NCBI GenBank assembly: GCA_041395505.1
Contig: JAWLAG010000002.1
Coordinates: forward strand, 555,556 to 619,555
Direction: 5' to 3'
DNA: 64,000 nucleotides
Source of the DNA: Steroidobacteraceae bacterium
GTDB lineage: Bacteria; Pseudomonadota; Gammaproteobacteria; Steroidobacterales; Steroidobacteraceae
Shown here: positions 1 through 10,109 of the stretch, in pieces
How positions within the stretch are numbered: the stretch's first letter is position 1
Layout: each line of letters starts with the position of its first letter
Notes under the pieces: model-generated
Seen by the model: only the letters and a program-made list of their open reading frames with translations
What the model was told of the DNA's origin: nothing
Database searches by the model: none
Made by a program: the position numbers and the translations under genes

Positions 1-391
1 TGACCGGAGAGCCGAGCGCACCAGTGACAGCAAAACGGCGGTCGAGCAGGCCCGTGGAGGCCTGGTCGCTCGCCAGCGAGTCCACGGCGATCACGTTGTA
101 ACCGAGATTGGGTATCGTCGCGCCGGCGCCGAGCAGCGACTGTACCTGCGCAGTGACGTCGATCGTGATGGTGGTTCCCGGTGTATTCAAAGAGGCCGGC
201 AATACGTCATCGAGACGGTAGCCGAGACCGTATACGATGGACACTTGAGCCGTTGAATCCCAGACTGTAAGGGTTAGTTCACCGTTGCCGGTGGACGCCG
301 GATCAATTTGTGCGAAAGCTGGCGCGGCAGCCATGCCAACAAAGGCAAGTGCTGTCGCCGCGATCGCGCCCATGAATGAATGCTTGAACAT
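1..391 (-). CDS. Hypothetical secreted protein, C-terminal part outside the window (partial)
   Basis: Reverse-strand ORF begins MFKHSFMGAIAATALAFVGMAAAPAFA (signal peptide with AxA cleavage site), ATG at 389-391. The reading frame continues to the window start. No recognisable domain. Confidence 0.45.
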   Translation of the reverse strand, partial: MFKHSFMGAIAATALAFVGMAAAPAFAQIDPASTGNGELTLTVWDSTAQVSIVYGLGYRLDDVLPASLNTPGTTITIDVTAQVQSLLGAGATIPNLGYNVIAVDSLASDQASTGLLDRRFAVTGALGSPV

Positions 392-639
392 AAACGTAGT
401 AACTCCCGATTGAGCGTTTTCCATTCCGCGCAACCACCCACCGCAATCGGGTCGTCGCTCGGTCCCCTGCTAGTCGGTTGGTACCGACACCGATTTCATG
501 CTTCACAAGATCAGAAAGGCAAAGCATTCCTCCGGCCACGACGACAATAGAAACCGCTCATGACAGCGCGGTTAAGGATTCTTGAAGCGCGTCACATAGC
601 CCGAGCGATGTGGGCAAACGTAAGACGAATGTGTGTCAA

Positions 640-1632
640 TCAAATCGCAACGCGATGGCGTTCGGCGTTGATCCCCAGACGATCGTTGGTTGCGTCTTCC
701 AGTTGCCAGCGGCGCTGGAGCGTCGCATAGACGCGATGCAATCCCGTTTCCAGAGGGATTTTTGCGCGCCAACCAAGCGAGGCCATCCTGCTGATATCGA
801 GAAGTTTGCGAGGTGTGCCGTCCGGATAGCTTTCGTCGAAACGGAATCGACCGCGGTAACCCACTACCTTACGAATCACTTCCGCAAGTTCGTAGATGCT
901 GATGTCCTCGCCAGAACCGATATTGATGGGGGCGGAGCTCTCATAGTGAAGCAACGCCGTCAGGAGTGCCTCGGCAAAATCGTCCGCATGTAGAAACTCG
1001 CGTCGGGGTCTGCCGCTGCCCCATACGACGACTTCCTCCGCGCCTTCGATACGTGCACGATGCATCCGCCACAGAAGCGCCGCAAGCACATGGGAGTCAC
1101 GCTCGTCGAAATTGTCTTCGCAACCATATAGATTGGTTGGCATCAGCGCGATTGCATTGAATCCGTGTTGCGCGCGCAATGCCTGGCACAGCTTTATGCC
1201 AGCAATCTTGGCAATTGCATAGAACTCGTTGGTCGTTTCGAGGGGACCGGTCAGCAGACTCTCTTCGCGTATCGGTTGCGAAGCGTTACGAGGGTAGATG
1301 CAACTTGAACCAAGAAAGACTAGTTTTCGCACACCGTAACGAAACGCGTTAAGGATCACGTTGCTTTGTATGGTGAGATTCTCGGCAATAAAATCCGCCG
1401 GCCGCGTGCTGTTGGCAAGTATGCCTCCGACGCGGGCAGCTGCGAGGATGACGATCTGGGGACGCTTGCGGGACATGAAGCGCGCCACTGCGCGCTCGTC
1501 GAGGAGGTCCAGCTGCCGACGACTGCGCGTTATTACATCGCTGAAGCCATGACGGACCAACGCGCGCCCGATGGCACTACCGGCCAAACCGCGATGGCCC
1601 GCCAGATACACGCGATCCGTAAGCGCAACCAC
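640..1632 (-). CDS. fcl: GDP-L-fucose synthase (GDP-4-keto-6-deoxy-D-mannose 3,5-epimerase/4-reductase)
   Basis: 330 aa. N-terminal Rossmann motif YLAGHRGLAGSAI, then a short-chain dehydrogenase/epimerase fold with FLGSSCIYP and NLYG motifs typical of Fcl. Lies immediately downstream of gmd on the same strand. Confidence 0.9.
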   Translation of the reverse strand: MVALTDRVYLAGHRGLAGSAIGRALVRHGFSDVITRSRRQLDLLDERAVARFMSRKRPQIVILAAARVGGILANSTRPADFIAENLTIQSNVILNAFRYGVRKLVFLGSSCIYPRNASQPIREESLLTGPLETTNEFYAIAKIAGIKLCQALRAQHGFNAIALMPTNLYGCEDNFDERDSHVLAALLWRMHRARIEGAEEVVVWGSGRPRREFLHADDFAEALLTALLHYESSAPINIGSGEDISIYELAEVIRKVVGYRGRFRFDESYPDGTPRKLLDISRMASLGWRAKIPLETGLHRVYATLQRRWQLEDATNDRLGINAERHRVAI

Positions 1633-1638
1633 GCGTTT

Positions 1639-2745
1639 TCAGTCCCCGTGTACGACGACTTGGAATCCCTGACGCAGCAACGCTGCATCGCGCCGCGCAA
1701 CGTGAAGGTCATTGTTCACCATTTCACGGACCATGTCGTGGAAGCTCATACGTGGCCGCCAATTGAGTTCGTTGCGTGCCCGCGCAGCGTCGCCGAGCAG
1801 CGTATCCACCTCAGCGGGACGAAAATACCGGGAATCCACACGCACAACTGTGCGCCCCGAAGCCAGATCGATCCCCGTCTCCGCAAGTCCTTCGCCACGC
1901 CACTCGATGCGCATCCCGAGCTCGAGGCCGGCGGTTTGGACAAATTCACGGACGGAGTGCTGTTCGCCGGTGGCGATTACGTAGTCTCGCGGCTCATGCT
2001 GCTGCAGCATGAGCCATTGCGCCTCAACGTAGTCACGCGCATGCCCCCAGTCTCGCCGCGCATCGAGATTTCCCAGGAATACGCACCGATCCAGACCGAG
2101 TTTGACCCGTGTAAGTCCGCGCGTAATCTTGCGCGAGACAAATGTCTCGCCGCGCAGTGGCGACTCATGATTGAAGAGGATTCCGCTACATGCAAATAGG
2201 CCATAGGATTCTCGGTAATTGACCGTAATCCAATGCGCGTAAAGCTTGGCGGCACCGTATGGCGAACGCGGATAGAACGGGGTTGTCTCTGACTGCGGTA
2301 CCTGCTGGACCTTACCGAACATTTCCGAAGTTGACGCCTGATAGAACCGAGTCTCTTTTTCGAGACCGAGAATGCGAATGGCTTCAAGGATGCGTAAGGG
2401 CCCCAGGGCATCCGCGTTCGCGGTGTATTCTGCGGTTTCGAACGATACGGCGACGTGACTCTGCGCGCCGAGGTTGTAGATTTCCAGCGGCCGCACGTGC
2501 TGCAGAACCCGTATCAGATTAGTGGCATCGGTCAAGTCGCCGTAATGCAGAATCAGGCGACGCGGCAATTCATGTGGATCTTTGTAGATCCCGTCGATGC
2601 GCTGTGTATTGAAGGATGATGCACGTCGCTTGACGCCATGCACCTCGTAGCCCTTGGCGAGCAGGAATTCGGCAAGGTAGGCGCCGTCCTGTCCGGTAAT
2701 GCCAGTGATGAGCGCGCGACGCGGCGCTATTCTGCCGAGTTCCAT
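1639..2745 (-). CDS. gmd: GDP-mannose 4,6-dehydratase
   Basis: [44 protein letters not shown] is almost identical to the conserved Gmd N-terminus. ORF runs to 2805 but the likely start is MELGR.. at about 2745. The stop lies 7 bp from the fcl start (operon). Confidence 0.9.
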   Translation of the reverse strand: MELGRIAPRRALITGITGQDGAYLAEFLLAKGYEVHGVKRRASSFNTQRIDGIYKDPHELPRRLILHYGDLTDATNLIRVLQHVRPLEIYNLGAQSHVAVSFETAEYTANADALGPLRILEAIRILGLEKETRFYQASTSEMFGKVQQVPQSETTPFYPRSPYGAAKLYAHWITVNYRESYGLFACSGILFNHESPLRGETFVSRKITRGLTRVKLGLDRCVFLGNLDARRDWGHARDYVEAQWLMLQQHEPRDYVIATGEQHSVREFVQTAGLELGMRIEWRGEGLAETGIDLASGRTVVRVDSRYFRPAEVDTLLGDAARARNELNWRPRMSFHDMVREMVNNDLHVARRDAALLRQGFQVVVHGD

Positions 2746-2847
2746 CACCGCGATATTGATCCACGACTGTGACATCGACATGACGCCCGGACACACGGTT
2801 GTCACCTGAGTGCGCTACCGTGGTCGCATTTAACGGAATCAGCGAAT

Positions 2848-3933
2848 ATGCAAGATCGTGACAAGTATTTTCTGATCTGCGTCATTGGCTGCGCCTTGAT
2901 CTTGACCGCCCTTCGCGCGTATGCAACCGAGGCGAACGACCCGGTCGTCGCCCATGTCGGGCGCGATACTGTTTCCCAGTCCGCACTCGAAAGCCAAATT
3001 GCAGACAAACTGCAGGAGCAGCGACGGGCACTTGATCAGGCGCGCCTGCGTCTTGCGGCGGAATACGAGCGGGGCCGTTCGGAGTTGTTGCAATCCGCGC
3101 TCGAGCAGATGCTTGACGAGCGTGCCCTGCAACTCGAAATCGAGCGCACCAAGATGAGCCGGGACGAGCTGCTAGCCGCTGTACCGGTTCGGAAAATAGA
3201 GGACGCTGAGATTGTCGAGTTTTACGATCAGAGGCAGGTGGAAATTGGCGGCGCTCCGCTCGATCAGGTACGACAGCCCATAGTCAATTATCTTCAGCAG
3301 CGCGCGGAAAATGTTGCGAAACGGCGGTATCTTGATGAACTGCGTCGCAAGTATGATATTTCTGCCCACTTGGCGCCTTATCGTGTGAAAGTGGCCGATC
3401 AAGGCCCGTCGCTTGGACCTCCCGATGCACCTGTGACCGTCGTCGAATTCGCCGATTTCCAGTGTCCCTTCTGCGCGCAGATGGCACCGACCCTGCGGCG
3501 ACTGCGGGAGCTTTACCCGGACCAGGTTCGCGTGGTCTTCCGCCAACTTCCATTGCGCGATATCCATCCGCTTGCGGTCGACGCCGCACAGGCGAGTCTA
3601 TGTGCCGATTCCCAAGGCAAATTCTGGGATTTTCACGATCGTGTCTTTGCCGATCAAGCATCATTGTCGCGCTCGTTCTTATTACAGATTGCCGAATCTC
3701 TAACGCTTGATATGCCAGCGTTCGAGAAATGCATGACCGATCGACGCTACAATTCGCAAATCGCTGCTGACGTACAAGCAGCGCAGAACTTGTTTGTCGA
3801 GTCAACACCATATACGTTTGTGAACGGCCGACTCGTACGAGGTGCCGTCGACGTTGAAGAACTGCGAAGAATCGTTGACCAGGAGATACACTCGCACAAA
3901 GTTCAATTGCGAGCTCAACACCTCTTGCGCTAG
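2848..3933 (+). CDS. DsbA-family thiol:disulfide oxidoreductase with N-terminal TM and coiled-coil/SurA-N-like region
   Basis: 361 aa. Hydrophobic N-terminus, coiled-coil segment, then thioredoxin fold with CPFC active site (FADFQCPFCAQMAPTL) and DsbA-like C-terminus. Confidence 0.8.
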   Translation: MQDRDKYFLICVIGCALILTALRAYATEANDPVVAHVGRDTVSQSALESQIADKLQEQRRALDQARLRLAAEYERGRSELLQSALEQMLDERALQLEIERTKMSRDELLAAVPVRKIEDAEIVEFYDQRQVEIGGAPLDQVRQPIVNYLQQRAENVAKRRYLDELRRKYDISAHLAPYRVKVADQGPSLGPPDAPVTVVEFADFQCPFCAQMAPTLRRLRELYPDQVRVVFRQLPLRDIHPLAVDAAQASLCADSQGKFWDFHDRVFADQASLSRSFLLQIAESLTLDMPAFEKCMTDRRYNSQIAADVQAAQNLFVESTPYTFVNGRLVRGAVDVEELRRIVDQEIHSHKVQLRAQHLLR

Positions 3934-4125
3934 CGAATTTAACATTGAGTTCACACAGATCTGGCCGTCAGCGAGCCCGGGTCGTTTATGAATTGACGTG
4001 CACGGCCACGCGCGCTTCTAGCATCCCGCGCGTTTGCGGCACCCGCCAAAGTCACTTCACAACGATCTTTCGTGATGCTAAGCATCAGACAGCTGCGCGG
4101 CGACTTGTCAAGCCAGCGCGATTGT

Positions 4126-4844
4126 TCAGGACCTAGTTTGGTCCGGCCAGGCGCGCGTAAATTCGGTCAGGAAGATGCGACAACACGTTATCCACCGCCG
4201 TCCAGGCCGCGGGCACAACTGAGGCGACCGGTGCTGATGCGTATTGAGCAAATGAGCAGTCAACGATTGATCGAGTTGCCGTTGGTCATTTAGGCGCAAC
4301 ATGCCGCCTCGCGGGCGCGCGGTGCCGCGTAAAGGTATGCGCTCGAAAAAGGCACGGTACGCTACGGCTCGGCGACTGCAAAATTGCTGCTGATCGTCCT
4401 GTCTCTCCGACTGATTCCCAGTGTAGTCGTTGTCGACCTCATGGTCGTCCCAGGTCATCAGTCAAGGGCAGTAAGCGTGCGTCTCTTGAAGGTTGTAGTC
4501 GCTGCGATACGGCGCGTAGCGCGACCGATAGTTGTCAGGCGTTGTGCACTCGCCGCGGTCGTGATTCAGAACGTGCTGCTATCCCCAGGTCAATTCGCAA
4601 ATATTGTCACCAGGTGAACAATGATATCCGCCCCATCGTGGATCATGTGCCGGTAAGCCGAGTAGTAACCGTGCTCGTATTGTTGACAACAAGCGACGGC
4701 CACGCACCAGTCGCGATCAAAACTCGGCGCTGTTGCGATTGGGTGTTTTCCATCCCCGGGCGGGAGATGCGGCTCTTGCGGGAAACCGCATCTCCTCGCC
4801 CAACGTGCACAGTCCCGGTCGAAGTACCCGGACATCTCCCACAC
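4126..4844 (-). pseudogene. phoD: Decayed alkaline phosphatase D (PhoD-family) remnant
   Basis: Two short minus-strand ORFs in different frames carry PhoD metallophosphatase signatures: CCQQYEHGYYSAYRHM..DIIVHL (compare SCQxYExGYYxAYRxM..DxVxHLGDYIYE) and TWDDHEVDNDY (compare NWDDHEVxNDY). There is no intact long ORF. The region is flanked by AT-richer non-coding DNA. Confidence 0.55.
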
Positions 4845-5008
4845 TCTTGGCGGGCAAAGCCAGATTAGTGCGGAAACTTTTCAATTCGTTTGCGTATTGA
4901 TTGCTGTTGTCCGTCAAGTTATTCAACGCGCCGCATCCTGCGATCCGATGCCGTTGCGTGACACGCCAACGGGAAAAAACTTCAGCCATTCGGTAACATC
5001 CTGCACAT

Positions 5009-7294
5009 ATGACATCCATTGATCCGACCCGGCCATTTGCGCTCGCGGATTGGCTGGTCGACCCGGCGCTCGATGAAATATCCCGCGGTGGTGTTCGGAT
5101 CAAACTCGAGCCTCGCATGATGCGACTGCTGTGCATGCTCGCCCGGGATGCCGGCAAGGTTGTTTCGCAAACCGAGCTCCTCGACCACGTCTGGAGTGGC
5201 GTCATCGTCGGCCCCAACTCCGTCTACCAGGCGATAGCAAACCTGAGGCGACAGCTCGGCGACACGGACGAAACGGCTCGCTTCATTGCGACGGTGCCTC
5301 GCAAAGGGTACCGCCTGGTCGCCGAAGTCAGGCAACCACCGGATCCACCTGCCGCGCTGCCCGCACAGGTCACGCAACCGCCCGCGGCTGTCGCGGCGAG
5401 TGCTCGACCATCGACCACACGTAGCCGGCGCGAGATTGCGCTGGGGATCGTGGCAGCAATGATTCTCGCCATCGGTGCATGGTGGCAATTGCGCCAAACT
5501 GCGCTGCCGGCGGACAGACCAACGGTCGCCGTACTGCCCTTTGATGACCTCAGCGCCGAGGGAAACAATGAAGTGTTCTGCCAGGGGCTGACAGATGAAG
5601 TGCTGAACTCGCTCGCGCGTATTCCGAACCTGCGTGTCATCGGCCGCACGTCGAGCAGCCGTTTCGCGGACAGCACCGAAAATGCGCGGCAGATCGGCGG
5701 CACGTTGGGTGCTTCGCATCTGCTCGAAGGATCGGTCAGGCGATCGGGCAACCGTGTGCGGGTCAGCGCTCAACTGGTCAGCACGGAGGATGGTGTCGAA
5801 GTCTGGGCCAACTCCTACGACCGCGCCGCAAGCGACGCGTTGCAGATCCAGTCGGAAATAGCCCGGGCCGTAACCACGGCGTTGTCACTTAGGCTCTCGC
5901 CGGCCGTTGCGGAAAGGCTCGCAAGCGATCCGACCTCGAAAATGAGCGCCTACGATCTGTACCTGCTCGGCCGCAACCAGCAACAGAAACGTACGCCGGA
6001 GTCACTGGCTCGTGCGATTGAATATCACGAGGCTGCCATCGCCGCGGACCCTGGCTTTGCGCTGGCACACGCCGGATTGGCCGACGCCCAGATGGCACGC
6101 TACTACTATGCGGGTGCGTCGCTCGAGGAAACTGCGGCGCGCGTGCAGCCCGAGGTCGATGCGGCGCTGCGACTCGATCCAGAGCTGGCGGAAGCCTACG
6201 CCGCGTGGGCCGTGCTGTTGACAGAGCAGTGGCGCACGGATGAAGCCATCAAGGCATTGCAGCGTGCAGTCGCCATAAACCCGAACTACGGCGAGGCCTA
6301 CCTGCGCCTCGGTGCTGCCTACGAATACGCCAGCCGCCCACGCGATGCGCTGGCCGCCTACGATCAGGTCGCCCTGCTCGACCCATTGCACACCATCATG
6401 CACGTCCGTCGCTGCCTCGCTTTGCAGAATCTTGGGCGTTTCGCGGATGCCGAGCGTGCCTGCCAGCGGGCTTTCGAATTGCAGCCGGAAATTCCGAATG
6501 CACTCTGGGCCTGGGGACTGAACGACCTGGCGCAAGGCCGGCTGGAAGCGGCCGCCGGACACTACCTGGCGGCATTGAGCCGCGCACCCGCACGAGGCGA
6601 CATCCGTGCTGAGCTCGTGCTCATCTATCTCGATCTCGGCCAGTCGGAGCTGGCCAGGGAACAACTCGATCGGCTGCGAGCTGGCGCGCCGCCCGCTTTG
6701 CTGCGCGCAACGGCCGCGCGCTACCTGTTGGCGACGAGCCGCGACAAGATTGTCAATCTGCCCGCCGATCTTGATTCGATCCCCGGCGAGTCGCGTCGTG
6801 ACGCCGTTCAGTGGGCATTCCTCAGGCTTGCAGGCGGCGATCTCGCGGGGGCCAGGCAACGGGCCGCCGCTGCGCTCGAGAATCGCGCTGCGCTCCTCGA
6901 TGAACTGACCATGGGCGTCTACCAGACGCGCTGGGGGGTTTGCGATTTATGCGCGGCCGGTACGTTGCTGCGGACACTCGACGACAAGGCCTCCGCCGAA
7001 CCGTTGGAGCGCGATGCATTGCGAAACCTGGATGAACTGGAAGCCGCGGGGCACGTCTGGCATGGCCTGCATTACCTGCGAGCCGCTCTGCAGGCGCAGC
7101 GCGGCGACGCGACCAGTGCACTCGCCTCATTGCGGCGGGCGATCGGACTTGGCTGGCGCCGCGCCTGGTTGATGCGGCGTGACCCGAGTTTCGAATCCGT
7201 GCGCGGGCTGCCTGAGTACACGCGACTGCTCGCGCAGGTCGACGGTGCGAATGCAATCTCCGCCGCGAGTCTGGCAGTCAGCTCCCGCCAATGA
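5009..7294 (+). CDS. Membrane-anchored transcriptional regulator: CadC/OmpR-type winged-helix DNA-binding domain + TM + TolB-N-like + TPR repeats
   Basis: 761 aa. N-terminus FALADWLVDPALDEISRGGVRIKLEPRMMRLLCMLARDAGKVVSQTELLDHVWSG..VPRKGYRL is a trans_reg_C domain. A TM helix follows (IALGIVAAMILAIGAWW). The periplasmic part has VAVLPFDDLS..IPNLRVIGRTSS (TolB-N-like) and many TPR-like helical repeats. Confidence 0.8.
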   Translation: MTSIDPTRPFALADWLVDPALDEISRGGVRIKLEPRMMRLLCMLARDAGKVVSQTELLDHVWSGVIVGPNSVYQAIANLRRQLGDTDETARFIATVPRKGYRLVAEVRQPPDPPAALPAQVTQPPAAVAASARPSTTRSRREIALGIVAAMILAIGAWWQLRQTALPADRPTVAVLPFDDLSAEGNNEVFCQGLTDEVLNSLARIPNLRVIGRTSSSRFADSTENARQIGGTLGASHLLEGSVRRSGNRVRVSAQLVSTEDGVEVWANSYDRAASDALQIQSEIARAVTTALSLRLSPAVAERLASDPTSKMSAYDLYLLGRNQQQKRTPESLARAIEYHEAAIAADPGFALAHAGLADAQMARYYYAGASLEETAARVQPEVDAALRLDPELAEAYAAWAVLLTEQWRTDEAIKALQRAVAINPNYGEAYLRLGAAYEYASRPRDALAAYDQVALLDPLHTIMHVRRCLALQNLGRFADAERACQRAFELQPEIPNALWAWGLNDLAQGRLEAAAGHYLAALSRAPARGDIRAELVLIYLDLGQSELAREQLDRLRAGAPPALLRATAARYLLATSRDKIVNLPADLDSIPGESRRDAVQWAFLRLAGGDLAGARQRAAAALENRAALLDELTMGVYQTRWGVCDLCAAGTLLRTLDDKASAEPLERDALRNLDELEAAGHVWHGLHYLRAALQAQRGDATSALASLRRAIGLGWRRAWLMRRDPSFESVRGLPEYTRLLAQVDGANAISAASLAVSSRQ

Positions 7295-8063
7295 TTCGTT
7301 GCGGACAGGGATGCACTCGATACAGCACCTCGTAGTGCGCAATGAACTGGACACGCCGGGCACTTAGCGGATAGGTGATCAGCCAGAGCGGCAGGTTATC
7401 CGGCGTGACGTCGCTGTCTGCGCGCGGGGAGCGAGCCAACACAAGGGATCCGTTCAACGGACCCACGTCACTGAGGAATACGGGGTCAGTGGCGCTGACC
7501 TGTACCCACTTCGGCCAAAGTGTCTCGCATTCTGTCACGCTGCCCCTTCGCGGCATGGCCATCGAAGGCATGGAAGTGGCTTGGTGGCTGATCGGCTGCG
7601 TGATCGCAACGGGCTGGCCGTCATTACCCACGGCTGTACGACCACCCCGCGGCAGGGGCAATGCCTCGATTTCGTGTACAACCTGTGCAACGTTGCGCAG
7701 TTCAATGACTTCGTCCCGGCTGGCTGAACCACCCGCAATACGCACCGTCACGGGCGAGCCGCGGCCAAGATCCGGAATTGAAACAACCAGGCGCACCCGA
7801 CCAGAGGCGTCCTGGGAGTCCGCGGACGACTGGCAGCGATAACGCAGGCGATCCGGGTAGATGCAGGTGACCTCGAACGGACCCGCTCGGGCCGCGCTTG
7901 CCGAAAGATCGAAAGCGACTCGATTGACCGGTCCTGCCGGCCCGATGGCCTGGGCGCTCGGGACTGCCGACAACGCAGTCCTGCCTGTTACGATGGAGGC
8001 GCCTTCGGACGCCAACCCGGCGGTCGCAATCATGCAGCCTGCCACCGCGATCATCGATCGCAT
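7278..8063 (-). CDS. Hypothetical secreted protein
   Basis: Signal peptide MRSMIAVAGCMIATAGLA. No recognisable domain. Lies 50-70 bp downstream of the ECF sigma gene on the same strand. Confidence 0.5.
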   Translation of the reverse strand: MRSMIAVAGCMIATAGLASEGASIVTGRTALSAVPSAQAIGPAGPVNRVAFDLSASAARAGPFEVTCIYPDRLRYRCQSSADSQDASGRVRLVVSIPDLGRGSPVTVRIAGGSASRDEVIELRNVAQVVHEIEALPLPRGGRTAVGNDGQPVAITQPISHQATSMPSMAMPRRGSVTECETLWPKWVQVSATDPVFLSDVGPLNGSLVLARSPRADSDVTPDNLPLWLITYPLSARRVQFIAHYEVLYRVHPCPQRIIGGS

Positions 8064-8128
8064 GACGCGCGCGGATATCATGCGATGCTAAACGATCAGG
8101 CGAACGCAGTTGGCTCAACCGGGCAGCC

Positions 8129-8683
8129 CTAGCAGCCGGCCAGTGCCTGCCTGTCGAGAAGTCCGCGCAACCTTGCGATTGCATATTTCTTGCGGCTCAA
8201 TACCGTGTCGGTCGGTGCTTGGCATTTCGCAGCCATGTCACGGATGCTGCTGCCGCCGCACCACAATGCCAGAACCTTGCGCTGCTCCGCCGGCAGACGC
8301 TCGACGGCACTGCTGAGGACCTTGCGAACCTGGTCCTGCTGGGCGGCGGATTCCGGACCGCTCTCGTGCACCGCGTGATCAATCATCGTGTCGAGTATCG
8401 CTGGGTCGGTTGCACTGGTACGGGTGCTGGCATGCTTGCGCGTGTACTCGTCGAGGAACGCATTTCGAGCCACCGTGAAGAGAAAGGCACGCATTTGCGC
8501 CTCATCGGCACAGTCGCAGGCTGCGCGCGACTGCGCGTCCAGTACCTTCAGCCACGCAACTTGGGCCAGGTCCTCGGCGCGCTGTGGACAGCGGGTCATC
8601 CTGAACAGAAAGCGAACCAGGCTGCGGTGGTGGTGATTGAACAGTTGCGTTATGCACGGGCGGCTGGATTGGGCATTCGACAT
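8129..8683 (-). CDS. ECF-family RNA polymerase sigma-70 factor
   Basis: Region 2 (LAQVAWLKVLDA, FLFTVARNAFLDEYTRK) and region 4 (LPAEQRKVLALWCGGSSIRDMAAKCQAPTDTVLSRKKYAIARL) motifs. ORF extends to 8764. Start at MSNAQ.. (about 8683) gives a typical 184 aa. Confidence 0.8.
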   Translation of the reverse strand: MSNAQSSRPCITQLFNHHHRSLVRFLFRMTRCPQRAEDLAQVAWLKVLDAQSRAACDCADEAQMRAFLFTVARNAFLDEYTRKHASTRTSATDPAILDTMIDHAVHESGPESAAQQDQVRKVLSSAVERLPAEQRKVLALWCGGSSIRDMAAKCQAPTDTVLSRKKYAIARLRGLLDRQALAGC

Positions 8684-8862
8684 GGTAGTGGCTCCCGGGT
8701 TTGACACAGTGGTCATTGAGCCGGGCGCCGCGCGCAGGGTCCTCAAGCTAGGCTGAAGGATCACTCAAGAATTGCTTATGAGGGGCACCGGCCACTGCTG
8801 CCAAGCCATTTCCGGGCGGGTAATCGTTGTTACGTCGCATCCCAACGCCCAGGAGTCGACTC

Positions 8863-10109
8863 CCATGCCCGCCAAACCCAGCGTACTGGTCGCTGCCCTG
8901 ACAGGTTGCGCCACTGTCCTGCCGCAAGCATTTGCCGCCAATGCCGAATTCCAGAACTTTTTCTTCGATGTCTGCCAGTCTCCAACCGGGCAGCTCGCCG
9001 CCCGATGCGGGGAAACCCCCGCTGGCCTGGGCAATCTCTCCGGTGACAGCGAGTCATCGCTGAACCCCAGCCAGAACATCGGCCATAGCCGACCCGCATT
9101 GAGCTCGGCGCAATCGCGCAGCAAGGCGGTGCGCGAGAAGGGCGAAAAGCTGCGTGACGGCGGCCCGCTGTCAAACGGCGATGACACGACCGCGGTCGCC
9201 GGACCGCTGTCGGTACTCGTCAACATCCACGCGAGCTGGTTCGAGCGCGACAGCAAGGACAATGCTTCGGAACGAAATTTCGATGGCGACAGCCGGGCGC
9301 TCGAAATCGGGCTCGATTATCGTCGTTCGGACCGCCTGGTCATGGGCGCGCTGGTCGGCTATGAAAAGAGCGACTACGCCTTTGCGGCCGAAGCACCCGG
9401 CGTCAATTTCGTGCCCGCTGCGAGTGCGGGCTCGGCCGACGGCAAGCAGCGCTACCTTACCGTTTTCGGAACCTGGCGCATCAGCGACCGCTTCTACATG
9501 GAACTGAGCGCCGGTTCCGAGCGTGGCGATTCGGACTTCGCCCGCAACCCGGTCTTTCAGGAATCGACCAGGTCCCTTCCCCAGTTCGATGTGCGGGTGG
9601 CGGGCAGCGCCAGTATCCGCACCAACTGGGCGAGCATCAACGCGGGATTCGATCAACAGCGCGGTGCTGTCAGTTTCGGTCCCTATGCTGGTGTGACGCT
9701 CTCACGTACACGTATTGGATCTTACGAGGAAACCGATTTGAACGGATCGGGCCTCAACATGGCGTTCGATGCCTCGTCACGAAACTCGCTGTTGGCACAC
9801 GCGGGCATGCGTATCGGCTATTCTGCCAGCTCCCGGTTGGGCGTCGTATTGCCGCAGCTGCGCCTCGAGTATCAACAGGAACTCAAGGCTGATGCGGGGC
9901 GGGCAACAGCCCGCTTCGTCCAGGATGGCGCAGCAACGAACTATTCCTTCAACGGACAACAGGGCGATCGCAATGCCCTGAACGCCGGGCTTAGCGTGGC
10001 CTGCATACTGCCTGGTGGTTGGATGCCGTTCATTGACTATTCGATACTGGTCGGCAGTGAAGACTTCGACAGGCAGCGGGCCACGCTCGGCCTGCGGGTT
10101 GAGTTCTAA
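8863..10109 (+). CDS. Outer-membrane beta-barrel protein (autotransporter-beta-domain-like)
   Basis: AGGAG Shine-Dalgarno 8 nt upstream of ATG. Signal peptide MPAKPSVLVAALTGCATVLPQAFA. Alternating amphipathic beta-strand pattern. C-terminal ..LGLRVEF with terminal Phe, typical of OMP barrels. Confidence 0.6.

Noticed and set aside
303-539. 78-aa minus-strand ORF from the track
   Set aside because: It is in a different frame from the clear signal-peptide ORF (<1..391) and overlaps it. No support.
4982-5773. 263-aa minus-strand ORF overlapping the start of the CadC-like regulator
   Set aside because: It is antisense to a gene with a clear winged-helix domain, and no domain is recognisable. 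Likely spurious.
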